Shown piece by piece: positions 34,395-43,755 of a stretch of 64,000 bases of DNA. A program made the position numbers and the translations under genes. Source of the DNA: an uncultured bacterium. GTDB lineage: Bacteria; Patescibacteriota; Minisyncoccia; Phycocordibacterales; GWA1-40-21. The first letter of the stretch is position 1. Every line of letters begins with the position of its first letter. The notes below the pieces were generated by a model that had not been told where the DNA came from, did no database searches, and worked only from the letters and a program-made list of their open reading frames with translations. The DNA is taken from positions 108,906 through 172,905 of the forward strand of contig OY970290.1 of NCBI GenBank assembly GCA_963716205.1, written 5' to 3'.

Positions 34395-35900
34395 AGAGTT
34401 TGATCCTAGCTCAGGATGAACGCTGGCGGCGTGGATAGGGCATGCAAGTCAAGGGGACCGCAAGGTCACCGGCAGACGACATAGTATAAAATAGGTAACG
34501 ACCCCAAAAGTCAGGAATAGCTCGTCGAAAGACGGGGTAATACTTGATGGTCTGCATTTTCGCAAGAAGGTGCAGTAAAGATTTATCGCTTTTGGATCGG
34601 CCTGTTCGGTATCAGCTAGTTGGTAGGGTAATGGCCTACCAAGGCTATGACGCCTAGGGGAGCTGAGAGGCTGACCCCCACCGATGGGACTGAGACACGG
34701 CCCATACACCTACGGGTGGCTGCAGTCGAGAATATTCGACAATGGAGCGAAAGCTCTGATCGAGCGACGCCGCGTGGAGGATGAAGTCCTTCGGGACGTA
34801 AACTCCTTTTGTGAGACGAATAAGTTATTGAATGGTCTAAGAATAAGAGGTTGCTAAACTCGTGCCAGCAGCAGCGGTAATACGAGTGCCTCAAGCGTTA
34901 TCCGGAATTATTGGGCGTAAAGGGTGTGTAGGTGGTTTTGTTAGTCTTCTGTTAAATCTCTGGGCTTAACCCAGAGCATGCAGGGGAAACGGCAAGACTT
35001 GAGAGTATGCGAGGGGTCTGTGGAACTCATAGGTGTAGCGGTGAAATGCGTTGATATTATAGGGGAACACCAAAAGCGAAGGCAGCAGACTGGAGCATTA
35101 CTGACACTGAAACACGAAAGCGTGGGTAGCGAATGGGATTAGATACCCCAGTAGTCCACGCCCTAAACGATGTTCTCTAGGTTTTCGGAGTATCGACCCT
35201 CTGAGAGCCACAGCTAACGCGTTAAGAGAACCGCCTGGGTAGTACGACCGCAAGGTTAAAACTCAAAGGAATAGACGGGGACTTGCACAAGCGGAGGATC
35301 ATGTGGTTTAATTCGACGGTAAACGAAGAACCTTACCAGGGTTTGAAACCTAGCTGAAGTCTAGGTAGAAACATTTGACGTCTCACAAGGACAGCTAGGC
35401 AGGTGATGCATGGCCGTCGTCAGTTCGTGGTTTGAATTGTTCCCTTAAGTGGGGTAACGAACGCAACCCTCGTTGTCTGTTATATATGTCAGGCGAGACT
35501 GCCCAGCCTTTTGGATACGAAGTTCACGCTTCGCGGACAAGAGGCTGGGAGGAAGGTGAGGATGACGCCAGGTCAGCATGTCCCTTTGATACCCTGGGCT
35601 ACACACGTGATACAATGGCACGTACAACGCGATGCGACGCAGTAAGCTGGAGCAAATCGTAAGAAAGCGTGCCCAAGTTCGGATTGAGGTCTGCAACTCG
35701 ACCTCATGAAGCTGGAATCGCTAGTAATCGCGGGTCAGCCATACTGCGGTGAATACGTTCTCAAGTCTTGTACTCACCGCCCGTCAACTCAAGGGAGCTG
35801 GGAATACCCGAAACCAGCGCTTGTCGCTGTCTACGGTAAGTTCGGTGACAGGGAGTAAGTCGTAACAAGGCACGGCTAGCGGAAGCTGGTCGTGGAATTT
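34395..35900 (+). rRNA. rrs: 16S ribosomal RNA
   Basis: Starts AGAGTTTGATCCTAGCTCAG. Internal landmarks: GTGCCAGCAGCAGCGGTAATAC, ATTAGATACCC, AAACTCAAAGGAATAGACGG, GTACTCACCGCCCGTCA. The 3' region reads AAGTCGTAACAAGG followed by a helix 45 CACGGCTAGCGGAAGCTGGTCGTG and then GGAATTTTTC. No CCTCC was found, so the 3' end is uncertain. Confidence 0.9.
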
Positions 35901-36099
35901 TTCAAATCGAACACGCTATCGTCTGGAAGTTTCTAGATAGATGCTGATCGGTCGGTTTTCAATGCCTCAATTGAGCATTGAAAAGGTTGTATGTTCCTTC
36001 ATAACATACTATGCAGTGGGAAAGACTACACAAAGTCCGCCTTCGGGCGGACTAGGAAACGGAACAAAATAAAGAATGATATTTAGTATACAAAAAACA

Positions 36100-36133
36100 G
36101 GTGCATCCGAAGGGGTGCACCTGTTTTTTGTAT
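36100..36133 (+). terminator. rho-independent terminator in the 16S trailer
   Basis: CAGGTGCATCCGAAGGGGTGCACCTGTTTTTTG. It is preceded by two further hairpins: CAATGC..GCATTG, and GTCCGCC-TTCG-GGCGGAC with a UUCG loop. Confidence 0.6.
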
Positions 36134-36210
36134 GCAATTTTTGAAATGGACTTTTTATTTTTCTTATGGTAATTTTATTCTCGAACGTTATTTCAAAGAA
36201 AGAGGTTTTG

Positions 36211-36368
36211 ACATGAATCATACAAATATTGCTGCGAACATAAAAACAGCATGTGAGCTCTTTAAAAAAAAAGAACCAAGGAGTAAAGATTTTTCCATAG
36301 TCTTGTTTTCAGCTTTAGTAGCGATAGTTTTTATTATTATTGCTATTTATCATATTTTTGCCAAATAA
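36211..36368 (+). CDS. small hypothetical membrane protein (52 aa)
   Basis: AAAGAGGT lies 7 nt before ATG 36211. The product ends in a hydrophobic helix (IVLFSALVAIVFIIIAIYHIFAK). The track ORF starts at 36132 and overlaps the terminator. Confidence 0.3.
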
Positions 36369-36497
36369 AATCTTTCGTTTTTCTAAAGAAAGCAAATCAG
36401 GAGATACTTGACAAATATGATATATATGCGATAATTAACACTAGAGAAAAATAAGCCATTCTCTTCAACATTATCTCGACACTTTGGAGGATTGGAA

Positions 36498-36641
36498 ATG
36501 TTCAATGCAAGCATGATTTTGAGAAAAGGTATCAAATTCTGTAACAGGCTCGATAATCAGTTCCACTTGTGGTGTAGCAAATTATCGCCGGTGGGTATCG
36601 CTGCCGTTATTGTTATTTTGATCATGTTGTTGCTTCGATAA
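36498..36641 (+). CDS. small hypothetical membrane protein (47 aa)
   Basis: GGAGGA lies 7 nt before the ATG. The product MFNASMILRKGIKFCNRLDNQFHLWCSKLSPVGIAAVIVILIMLLLR has one C-terminal transmembrane helix. It is not in the ORF track because it is shorter than 60 aa. Confidence 0.35.
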   Translation: MFNASMILRKGIKFCNRLDNQFHLWCSKLSPVGIAAVIVILIMLLLR

Positions 36642-36728
36642 ATTTTTTTAAAGCGGTGCGCTCTCGGTTTACCGGGGGCGCTTTTTGTTTGTATTTTGCA
36701 TAATTTTTTGCTATATTTCGGTTTGTCT

Positions 36729-36805
36729 GCGCGATTAGCTCAGGTGGTTAGAGCGCGTCACTGATAATGACGAGGTCCCAAGTTCGAGTCTTGGATCGCG
36801 CACCA
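36729..36805 (+). tRNA. tRNA-Ile (anticodon GAU)
   Basis: Cloverleaf by eye: acceptor GCGCGAT/ATCGCGC; D-arm GCTCAGGTGGTTAGAGC; anticodon loop CTGATAA; T-arm CCAAGTTCGAGTCTTGG; the 3' CCA is encoded. Confidence 0.85.
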
Positions 36806-36852
36806 AGTAAGACATTTTTATTTTGCCTAAATTGTTGTATCATCAGCCGAAT

Positions 36853-36934
36853 GGGCATGTGGTGGAACTGGTATACACGTACGCTTCAGAAGCGTATTCC
36901 GCAAGGATTGAGGGTTCGAGTCCCTCCATGCCCA
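36853..36934 (+). tRNA. tRNA-Leu (anticodon CAG), type II with a long variable arm
   Basis: Acceptor GGGCATG/CATGCCC; anticodon stem TACGC/GCGTA with loop TTCAGAA; long variable arm; T-arm GAGGGTTCGAGTCCCTC; discriminator A. CCA is not fully encoded. Track ORF 36767..37072 is spurious. Confidence 0.75.
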
Positions 36935-38580
36935 CAATCAGCGATGAATCGGCTTTGTAAGGCTTCAAATCCGTTTCTACACTTATATCCCAACGTATTT
37001 TCAGAAAGGGAAAGTTCGGAAAAAATTACCTTTACCATTTCGGCTTTTTCTTCTGAATTAGCCAGTTTGTAATATTCATAGCCATTTTTTAAGAGTTCGG
37101 AAAGTTTTATAATATCCTTTATTACTTCATGCATTGCAATATCTGAAATTTGCTCGGCATCTTGAAAGGTAACGAGCTCATTACTCAATTTATTTTCTTC
37201 ATCTAAAAATGCCTCGGGGGAGTATACACCACTTTTCAGTAAGGTAAGTTTATTAGTTCTTAGATAAGTAAGGTCTTCTCGCACTTTCTTTTTTCTTCTA
37301 TCGTTCTGTTCAATTTCTTTCAATCTTTTATTTTCAAAGGTTGTAATATCGTTTTTAGTCCTAGCATCTATTTCCGCAAGTTCAGCATCAGTAAAAGAAA
37401 GATTTGATATAAGCTCACCAACTTTTTCTTCAAGGAAGTTGAGATTGAAATTTTTCTTTGTATTATCACACCCTTTTGGACAACGAGTACCAAAATAAAG
37501 AATTCCTTTGCGAGTGTAGGGTGTATAGAGACGTTCGCAAACAGAACAGCGAATCATTCCTCTGTGAATATGCTTTATTTTGTCTGTGTAATACAAACTA
37601 GTTTTCTTTTTCTTTAACATCAATTGGACATTCTCAAACAACTCATCAGATATTAATGCCTCATGACTTACACTTGTTAGCCAGACACCTTCATTACCCA
37701 ATATTCTGCCGGTATAGAATTTATTACTCAAGATTTTCTGAAGACTATTAGCCTCTATAATTTTAGATACTTTTTCTTTATTTATTTTCTCGTCATCATC
37801 TTCGGCAAGCATTTCCTCCTTTGTTCTCCTAGGACGCATTGGATTAGTGGTGAATCCTTGTTCTGTTGCATATCGTGCAAGGTCGGCCAAAGACCAGTCA
37901 CCATTAGAATACATTTCGAACATCTTTTTTATAATTGGTGCTCTTATGGGGTCGAATGGCTTATGTTCCATTGTTCCTTCATTTAAGTAGCCTATGGGGG
38001 CTTTGTAAGTGCATACGCCTTTATTTCTCAAGTTCCACGTAGCAATGGTTACTTTCTCACTCGTAACCCTTGAATGGTGTTCTGCAAACATTCCATCTAT
38101 ATCCATGTGTAGTGCACCAGAGCTAGATTTATCATAAGTAGCATAAACAAAATGGACATCAACACCGCTTTTCATAAGTTTTCGTATAATAGTATCATCG
38201 CCTTGATTTCTGCTAATCCTATCCCAAGAAAAACAAATAAAACCTTTGAATAAACCTTTACTCAAAAATTGAACAAGTTTAAAAAATTTTGGTCGTTCTA
38301 TGTGGTACTGGACTGAACCATTTTCAGTAAATGTGAGAACATCATCTGTTTTGAATCCAGAATGTTTTTCAGAAATTATTCCATCAGTGCAAAAACCAGT
38401 AATGGTTAACGGGGCTATGTTGAACCTGTGATTAAAAGCATATTTTGTGTTTTCTGCTTTTTGAATTTTGATTGAATTTTTTTGGTTATCAGCCTCGTCA
38501 GTACTTTTTCGATTATAAATCAAATAATATTCCCTATATTTGCCACTATCAATTTCTTTTAAGATTTTTTCATCAATCAT
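36886..38580 (-). CDS. large serine recombinase (resolvase/invertase catalytic domain, recombinase domain, zinc ribbon and coiled coil)
   Basis: N-terminal YLIYNRKSTDEADNQKNSIKIQ (catalytic Ser in the Y-x-R-x-S-T motif). WDRISRNQGD (the SR motif). C-terminal CSVCERLY...RCPKGC zinc ribbon. The last about 16 codons are read from the complement of tRNA-Leu. Confidence 0.8.
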   Translation of the reverse strand: MIDEKILKEIDSGKYREYYLIYNRKSTDEADNQKNSIKIQKAENTKYAFNHRFNIAPLTITGFCTDGIISEKHSGFKTDDVLTFTENGSVQYHIERPKFFKLVQFLSKGLFKGFICFSWDRISRNQGDDTIIRKLMKSGVDVHFVYATYDKSSSGALHMDIDGMFAEHHSRVTSEKVTIATWNLRNKGVCTYKAPIGYLNEGTMEHKPFDPIRAPIIKKMFEMYSNGDWSLADLARYATEQGFTTNPMRPRRTKEEMLAEDDDEKINKEKVSKIIEANSLQKILSNKFYTGRILGNEGVWLTSVSHEALISDELFENVQLMLKKKKTSLYYTDKIKHIHRGMIRCSVCERLYTPYTRKGILYFGTRCPKGCDNTKKNFNLNFLEEKVGELISNLSFTDAELAEIDARTKNDITTFENKRLKEIEQNDRRKKKVREDLTYLRTNKLTLLKSGVYSPEAFLDEENKLSNELVTFQDAEQISDIAMHEVIKDIIKLSELLKNGYEYYKLANSEEKAEMVKVIFSELSLSENTLGYKCRNGFEALQSRFIADCGHGGTRTLNPCGIRF

Positions 38581-38589
38581 ACTTTTATA

Positions 38590-38793
38590 TTAATATTTTA
38601 TGATATCAAGTTTTTTTATTTTACCATCAACGATAGTATATCCTTCAGAAATCAAACGTTTGTGGATTTTTTTTAATATTTCCCCTAGTTCACCTAGAGA
38701 TTCAACAGTCTCTTTGGTGAAAATCAGCTCATCCCTGTTTACGGGGGGATAACAAGGATTTATGCTTAACTCCTTCATTTTAACAATTTCCAA
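38590..38793 (-). CDS. hypothetical protein (67 aa)
   Basis: ORF only. It lies between the recombinase and the P-loop protein on the same strand. Confidence 0.3.
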   Translation of the reverse strand: MEIVKMKELSINPCYPPVNRDELIFTKETVESLGELGEILKKIHKRLISEGYTIVDGKIKKLDIIKY

Positions 38794-38857
38794 CTTAATT
38801 CTCCAGTCTTAACTTTCTAGCACAATTCTACATATGCAGGGTTTAAACCGTTTTCTA

Positions 38858-40213
38858 CTAAAATATTTTGAGTAGTTCTTCCTCACTAATTCGACCATCT
38901 TCTGCAATGTTCATGACGTTCATATGTTCACTATCGCCAAGGTTTTCATCAATAATACCAAATCTTTCCTTCCAAAAATCAAGTCTTTCTCTGTTTTTAT
39001 TAGTATCAAGAATCCACCCATTACTTGTTCTTCTTGATTTGAGTTGCAGTTTTTTTCTAAGAAGATATCCGATTTTTTTAGGTGATAACATATCTTTAAA
39101 CTCAAGTTCAGTGTCATGATTTATAGCATTAGAAATTTCCTTCATAGTAAATTCTTTTTTGTCTATATCGTGTTCAAGTTTAAGAATAGTAAAGACAATT
39201 TCAGACTCTCTACTCTGACCCCTGTCAGCTATCAATTCTTGGTTATAATTTTGTATAAATTCCTTGAATTTTTCTTTCACCTCGTCAGATTCAATAATCG
39301 AAAGAATTGGAATTGCAATTTGTTGTAGCCTCGGTGTTATGCCACTGATTATGCCTTCGTGATATGCAAGGGGTTTAAAATAGTTTCTAAATCTCCACAT
39401 CAATAATTTATTTCTAATCATTCTAGCTTCTTCATAAAATTCGTCTGGGAGTCTGTGTGGTATATCCGTTCTCAGTATTCCAATACCCATTTCCTCAACA
39501 AGAAATCTACTCTCAAGAGCACTATCACTGAAGGTTTCTCTAGTGCCAACTATTTTTGGTGAATATACATCATATGCTTTTACTTCATAGGTATTGGCAT
39601 CACATCTAAGCACAGACCCACCTTTTTGAAATCCCATATTCAGTATTTTCACAATATCATCTGTAGTTTCGCTTGATTTATAATCAGCTTCATCTAGAAC
39701 AAGAGTTCCACCTATATCATTTAGAATTCTAAAAATTGGTGCTGAACTTGTAGCTCCACCCGTAAATATGGGTTTGTAACAAATTGAGCCAATTGTTCTT
39801 AAAAATCTACTCTTACCAGAACCCAAATCACCCAAAGCTCTTAGATAGGGTACTTCATTGAATCTATCATAAAGCCAACTAAGCATAACGTAATAACTAG
39901 AAATCTCTTCAAATTTTGGCGAGATATCTAAATATTTATGTATGAATACTCTTATTTCTTCAATGATTTTTTCGTTCGTTTCATACTCAACCGGTTCTGA
40001 TGGAAAGAGTATAATATTTTTGGTAATTAAATCACTTCTTCCATCTAGTGGCTGAAATTCACCATTAGAATTTTTTATAACATCAAGTCTTGTAATTTCT
40101 CCATTCTCATAAGATACGAACTCCGCCTTTTGATTGGCTGAGTCATATACCATTTCTACTATCTGATTATTTATTACTAACGATGCCTTTCTTTTTATCT
40201 TGCTATTTTCCAT
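38858..40213 (-). CDS. P-loop NTPase, putative replication protein (D5/VirE/P4-primase-helicase-like)
   Basis: Walker A LGDLGSGKSRFL followed by a Walker B-like LVLDEAD. At 451 aa, its size and context next to the recombinase suggest an element replication function. The family assignment is tentative. Confidence 0.4.
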   Translation of the reverse strand: MENSKIKRKASLVINNQIVEMVYDSANQKAEFVSYENGEITRLDVIKNSNGEFQPLDGRSDLITKNIILFPSEPVEYETNEKIIEEIRVFIHKYLDISPKFEEISSYYVMLSWLYDRFNEVPYLRALGDLGSGKSRFLRTIGSICYKPIFTGGATSSAPIFRILNDIGGTLVLDEADYKSSETTDDIVKILNMGFQKGGSVLRCDANTYEVKAYDVYSPKIVGTRETFSDSALESRFLVEEMGIGILRTDIPHRLPDEFYEEARMIRNKLLMWRFRNYFKPLAYHEGIISGITPRLQQIAIPILSIIESDEVKEKFKEFIQNYNQELIADRGQSRESEIVFTILKLEHDIDKKEFTMKEISNAINHDTELEFKDMLSPKKIGYLLRKKLQLKSRRTSNGWILDTNKNRERLDFWKERFGIIDENLGDSEHMNVMNIAEDGRISEEELLKIF

Positions 40214-40248
40214 GTAATTTTTATATTTATTTTATTTCTTAATAATTT

Positions 40249-40503
40249 CTAATCATTCAATCTATCCAACAATTCTTTTCTAGCTCTTTCGTATATATGG
40301 ACTGAAACAAGCAGTCTTTCATCATCTCTGTCTCCAAACTTATAAAGCCAATCCAATTCTTCTAGGGTCGGAGTTTTGATAAAAACGAATTCTTTCTGGT
40401 CGCCTTTAAGCGGATTTATTCCAACAATTTGTTGGCTATTGGCATACAGAAAAACTGCCAAGTTTAAATTTGTTATTCTCAAATATCTATCATCTATCTT
40501 CAT
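40249..40503 (-). CDS. hypothetical protein (84 aa)
   Basis: ORF only. It is the first gene of the leftward operon. Confidence 0.3.
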   Translation of the reverse strand: MKIDDRYLRITNLNLAVFLYANSQQIVGINPLKGDQKEFVFIKTPTLEELDWLYKFGDRDDERLLVSVHIYERARKELLDRLND

Positions 40504-41260
40504 AAATAGTTTTATTTAATTTTATTTTCAACTTCTTTTACATAAACAAAAAAGGAGGTCCTCTGACCCCATCATTGAAAAAAATATTCGACCAAAGCTT
40601 TGCAGGGGATGATAATGTATTAAATCCCCAATTCTTTATATTAATCTTAATGTTGTGTGTCAGAGGTCTAACGTTATGAACCCCTAATCAATTGCAAACT
40701 GTAAACGAACTTGTATATGTATTATAACATAATCCTTGACAGAATGCAAGGACTATTATCAAAAATATGTATCTTTATGCCAATATTTTGGTAGTATATA
40801 TTATTATACCCTTATTTATAGGCATATTTTAAAAATAATAGGAAAATACCTTTGAGATATATTATACAATAAAATAACCCCTTGACAGAGCTAAAAAGAC
40901 CATTTTTACCTAGATAAGGTCATTTTAATTGGTGTGAACATGTGAACTTTGTGTACATTGTACAGGTAGCTAAAGTGATAAAAGTTTCACTTTCTCCATA
41001 AAAAATATTTACCGCAAAAATACCAATATATCCAACAAAATTAGGCTTTTATTTGAATCTGGACATTGTATATTTGAACTATTTGATAGGTTAACTTTAA
41101 ATAATTCTTTTCCCTAATAAAACCCTCTCGGGGGGTATGTTGTTTAAATATTCTTTTTTGGTGCTATAATTAGCTGACAATTGAATAAGAAGTAATCTAA
41201 ACTAGCGAGTAATTGCTAGCATGATGAAAGGAAACCGATAAAGGATAAAAAACCCATCAT
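40504..41260. promoter_or_regulatory. AT-rich divergent control region of the element
   Basis: Two CTTGACAGA -35-like boxes (about 40733 and 40881). A TGAAC direct-repeat cluster (GTGTGAACATGTGAACTTTGTGTACATTGTACAGG, about 40930-40965). A TGcTATAAT box at about 41162. Confidence 0.4.
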
Positions 41261-41365
41261 ATGGGGCTTTACCTTTATCGGTCATATCGGGAAACTGGTA
41301 TGGATAGCGCAAGCTATCACCCATGTGGTGGGCTTTTTGTGTTTAAAAATTTAATCAAAATAATT

Positions 41366-41836
41366 ATGAAACCTACTATAAGTTATTTTGCTGATGCTTT
41401 AATGTCTTTTGGTTTATTGGGCGAAATTTATTCTGTAGCTTTCGCCTCTTTCTGGGTAGCGGTTTTGCTTGTTGTACTATTTTCTACCATGTTTATTGTC
41501 GGACTTGAGATGGCTATTGAAGACGTAATTTATAAAGATAAACTTAAAACTGCGCAACAAGCAGTTGTTGATGCACAAGGAGCACTTGATGAAGCACAGA
41601 AAGCTGTTGATGTAGCTAAACAAAATTCTGAAGAAGTGAATTTAAAAGCAATAGAGGCAATGAAAGAAATCAATACGAAGATTAGGGATGGTGAGAAAAA
41701 ATTGAATGAAGAAATGGCTATTGATGCTGAAAATTTTTATAAACAAAATCCAAATTTGAAATGGAATCCAACTGATAAGCAGGCAAAAGCTATAAAAGTC
41801 ATTAACGAAACAAAAAAATTGTTTGGAATTAAGTAA
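41366..41836 (+). CDS. membrane protein with a coiled-coil C-terminal region (hypothetical)
   Basis: The track ORF starts at 41261. The internal start at 41366 gives MKPTISYFADALMSFGLLGEIYSVAFASFWVAVLLVVLF (two transmembrane helices), then a heptad-like Ala/Gln/Lys-rich region. The start is uncertain. Confidence 0.4.
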   Translation: MKPTISYFADALMSFGLLGEIYSVAFASFWVAVLLVVLFSTMFIVGLEMAIEDVIYKDKLKTAQQAVVDAQGALDEAQKAVDVAKQNSEEVNLKAIEAMKEINTKIRDGEKKLNEEMAIDAENFYKQNPNLKWNPTDKQAKAIKVINETKKLFGIK

Positions 41837-41841
41837 AAAAT

Positions 41842-42837
41842 ATGAAAAAATATCTCTATATTTTAATTTTTACTTCTCTAATTATTCCAACTATTTCTTT
41901 TGCTGATTCTGGTGCATGTTCATACCATGATGGAGTTAATTGTTCTGCTGGACCTAATGTTTCAGACGGTACAGTTATTTGTAACGACGGTTCCAGTGAT
42001 AGTTCGGTTTTGTATATAAATATGAACGAATGTAATAATGTTCCTCCAATATACTGTCCTAGTTCTTGGACTCAAACTGATGTAGTTAGTACAAATAATT
42101 CTGTTGCTCAGCTTCAACAACAAGCAGACAACAATTTAAATGAATATGAGTCTGTTATAAGTCAAATAGAAAATGGCACATATCCACTAAATCCAAACCA
42201 ACAAAGTCAAATAAATAATTATAAACAACAGACTGAAGCCCTGATACAACAACAGCAAACAGCAAATCAAAACCTACAAAACGGAATGGCGATGTCAAAC
42301 TTTAGAGAAGGAGGTTCTTATTCACCCGACACCTACTCTCAGGTAGGAAGTAGTGCAGTAAATAATCTTACAATCCAAATGAATGGAACAATAGCTTCTT
42401 TGACCCAATCTTTTTTAAATACCGATGTTGGAATTGAAAAAGAACTTTATTCTGTAGAAGAAAATTCAAGTAATGGAAAAATAGGGCGACTTCTTAGTTT
42501 ACTAAACTGTAATCGTACTGATTTAGTTGTTCCAACAGAATCGACTTCAACTATTGAAGTAAATAACAGTGTTTCAGAAAATATAACACAGAACATACCT
42601 ACAACAACAGAGTCACAACAGCAACCTGTTATTGCACCACAAGCAGTCATTCAGTTTTCTCACACTAAAATTCCAACACCACAAGAAGTACAAAATTTTG
42701 GTCAATCATCAGGAACAGAAAGTAAAATACCAAACTTGAATACTGTTACAATGCCACGTACACTTCCAATAACACAACCTAAACCATCTAAATTTCAACA
42801 TTGGTATGATTGGCTAAACCCATTTAATTGGTTTTAA
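41842..42837 (+). CDS. secreted Cys-containing Gln/Asn-rich protein (hypothetical)
   Basis: Signal peptide MKKYLYILIFTSLIIPTISFA. Six Cys in the first 80 residues. A long Gln/Asn/Ser-rich low-complexity region. Confidence 0.45.
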   Translation: MKKYLYILIFTSLIIPTISFADSGACSYHDGVNCSAGPNVSDGTVICNDGSSDSSVLYINMNECNNVPPIYCPSSWTQTDVVSTNNSVAQLQQQADNNLNEYESVISQIENGTYPLNPNQQSQINNYKQQTEALIQQQQTANQNLQNGMAMSNFREGGSYSPDTYSQVGSSAVNNLTIQMNGTIASLTQSFLNTDVGIEKELYSVEENSSNGKIGRLLSLLNCNRTDLVVPTESTSTIEVNNSVSENITQNIPTTTESQQQPVIAPQAVIQFSHTKIPTPQEVQNFGQSSGTESKIPNLNTVTMPRTLPITQPKPSKFQHWYDWLNPFNWF

Positions 42838-42861
42838 AAATATGGTAGTGTGTGGAAATAA

Positions 42862-43737
42862 GTGCTAAAATTATATAATAATATGTTTAATTTTCTACAC
42901 AACATTTTATCAGCTATAGGTACAGCTATTATTTCTATAGGCTTACTTTTCGGTGGAACACATACAGTTCTAATAAAAGCTACTAGCACATCAGATATAA
43001 CTGTTGTAAGCACTTCTACTCCTCGAATTGTAACAAGTACTACAACTACTATCATCAATACAATTCAGGATAAACAAAATTATGAACCCCTTTTAGAAAC
43101 TTTTATAAATGGCAGAATAGAAAATTTTAATAACCTTAATCAATGGATTGCATCCACATCTGAAGTGTTTGATTCAAGACTGGATATGCTTAATAAATTA
43201 ATGTCTAGCAACCAAGCTACTTTTTTAGCAAGTAGTAACCCAACATTTAATTCAATTGGTCAAATGTTTAATCAGTTGTACCTCAATGACGCAAGTACAA
43301 CAAATAGTTATAAGTCACAAATTAATTTTATTGTTTCTGATATAAATTCTGCTATTACAACTCTCCAAACAAATAAAAATAATGCAAAGGGCACGTCTGT
43401 TTCAAAGCAAAGTTTTTTATCAGATGCTAATACACTAAATCAGTGGGATACTGCTTGGAGTGTTGCACAAAAAGCAGTTGTAACAGTTTTAACAAATTAT
43501 AATAACTGGGCAAATTATGCAGATGCTGGATACAATCAAGCATGGTCTTCCACTGATACATTTCTGAATAATTATTCATCAAATTATACTAACTACGTTA
43601 GTAGTAATTATATTCCACCAGTACAAGTAGTAAATTTGAATAATATACCTAAAATGCCGGTCGTTTGTACGTTTAATGCGAATACAAGTTTTAGTGGTGA
43701 TTCGGGTTATACAAATGGGTCTGGTATGTGCCAGTAA
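42862..43737 (+). CDS. membrane-anchored extracytoplasmic protein (hypothetical)
   Basis: N-terminal transmembrane helix (AIGTAIISIGLLFGG) followed by a Thr/Ser/Asn-rich domain. TATAAT directly precedes the ATG. Confidence 0.4.
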   Translation: MLKLYNNMFNFLHNILSAIGTAIISIGLLFGGTHTVLIKATSTSDITVVSTSTPRIVTSTTTTIINTIQDKQNYEPLLETFINGRIENFNNLNQWIASTSEVFDSRLDMLNKLMSSNQATFLASSNPTFNSIGQMFNQLYLNDASTTNSYKSQINFIVSDINSAITTLQTNKNNAKGTSVSKQSFLSDANTLNQWDTAWSVAQKAVVTVLTNYNNWANYADAGYNQAWSSTDTFLNNYSSNYTNYVSSNYIPPVQVVNLNNIPKMPVVCTFNANTSFSGDSGYTNGSGMCQ

Positions 43738-43755
43738 TATTCTAATTTCTCTATA

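Noticed and set aside
35897-36135. A group I intron at the 16S 3' end, which could explain the missing CCUCC.
   Set aside because: There is an AGACUA-like motif (about 36020) but no complementary UAGUC partner and no downstream UCACCUCCUU exon. The region is better explained as trailer hairpins plus a terminator. The missing anti-SD therefore remains unexplained rather than attributed to an intron.
36767-37072. 101-aa ORF covering tRNA-Ile and tRNA-Leu.
   Set aside because: It is fully explained by two good tRNA cloverleaves. It is spurious.
42862-43737. Type IV minor pilin for the 291-aa element protein with an N-terminal hydrophobic helix.
   Set aside because: There is no G-F/M-T-L-I-E class III signal motif before the helix. 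It is a generic N-terminal anchor.
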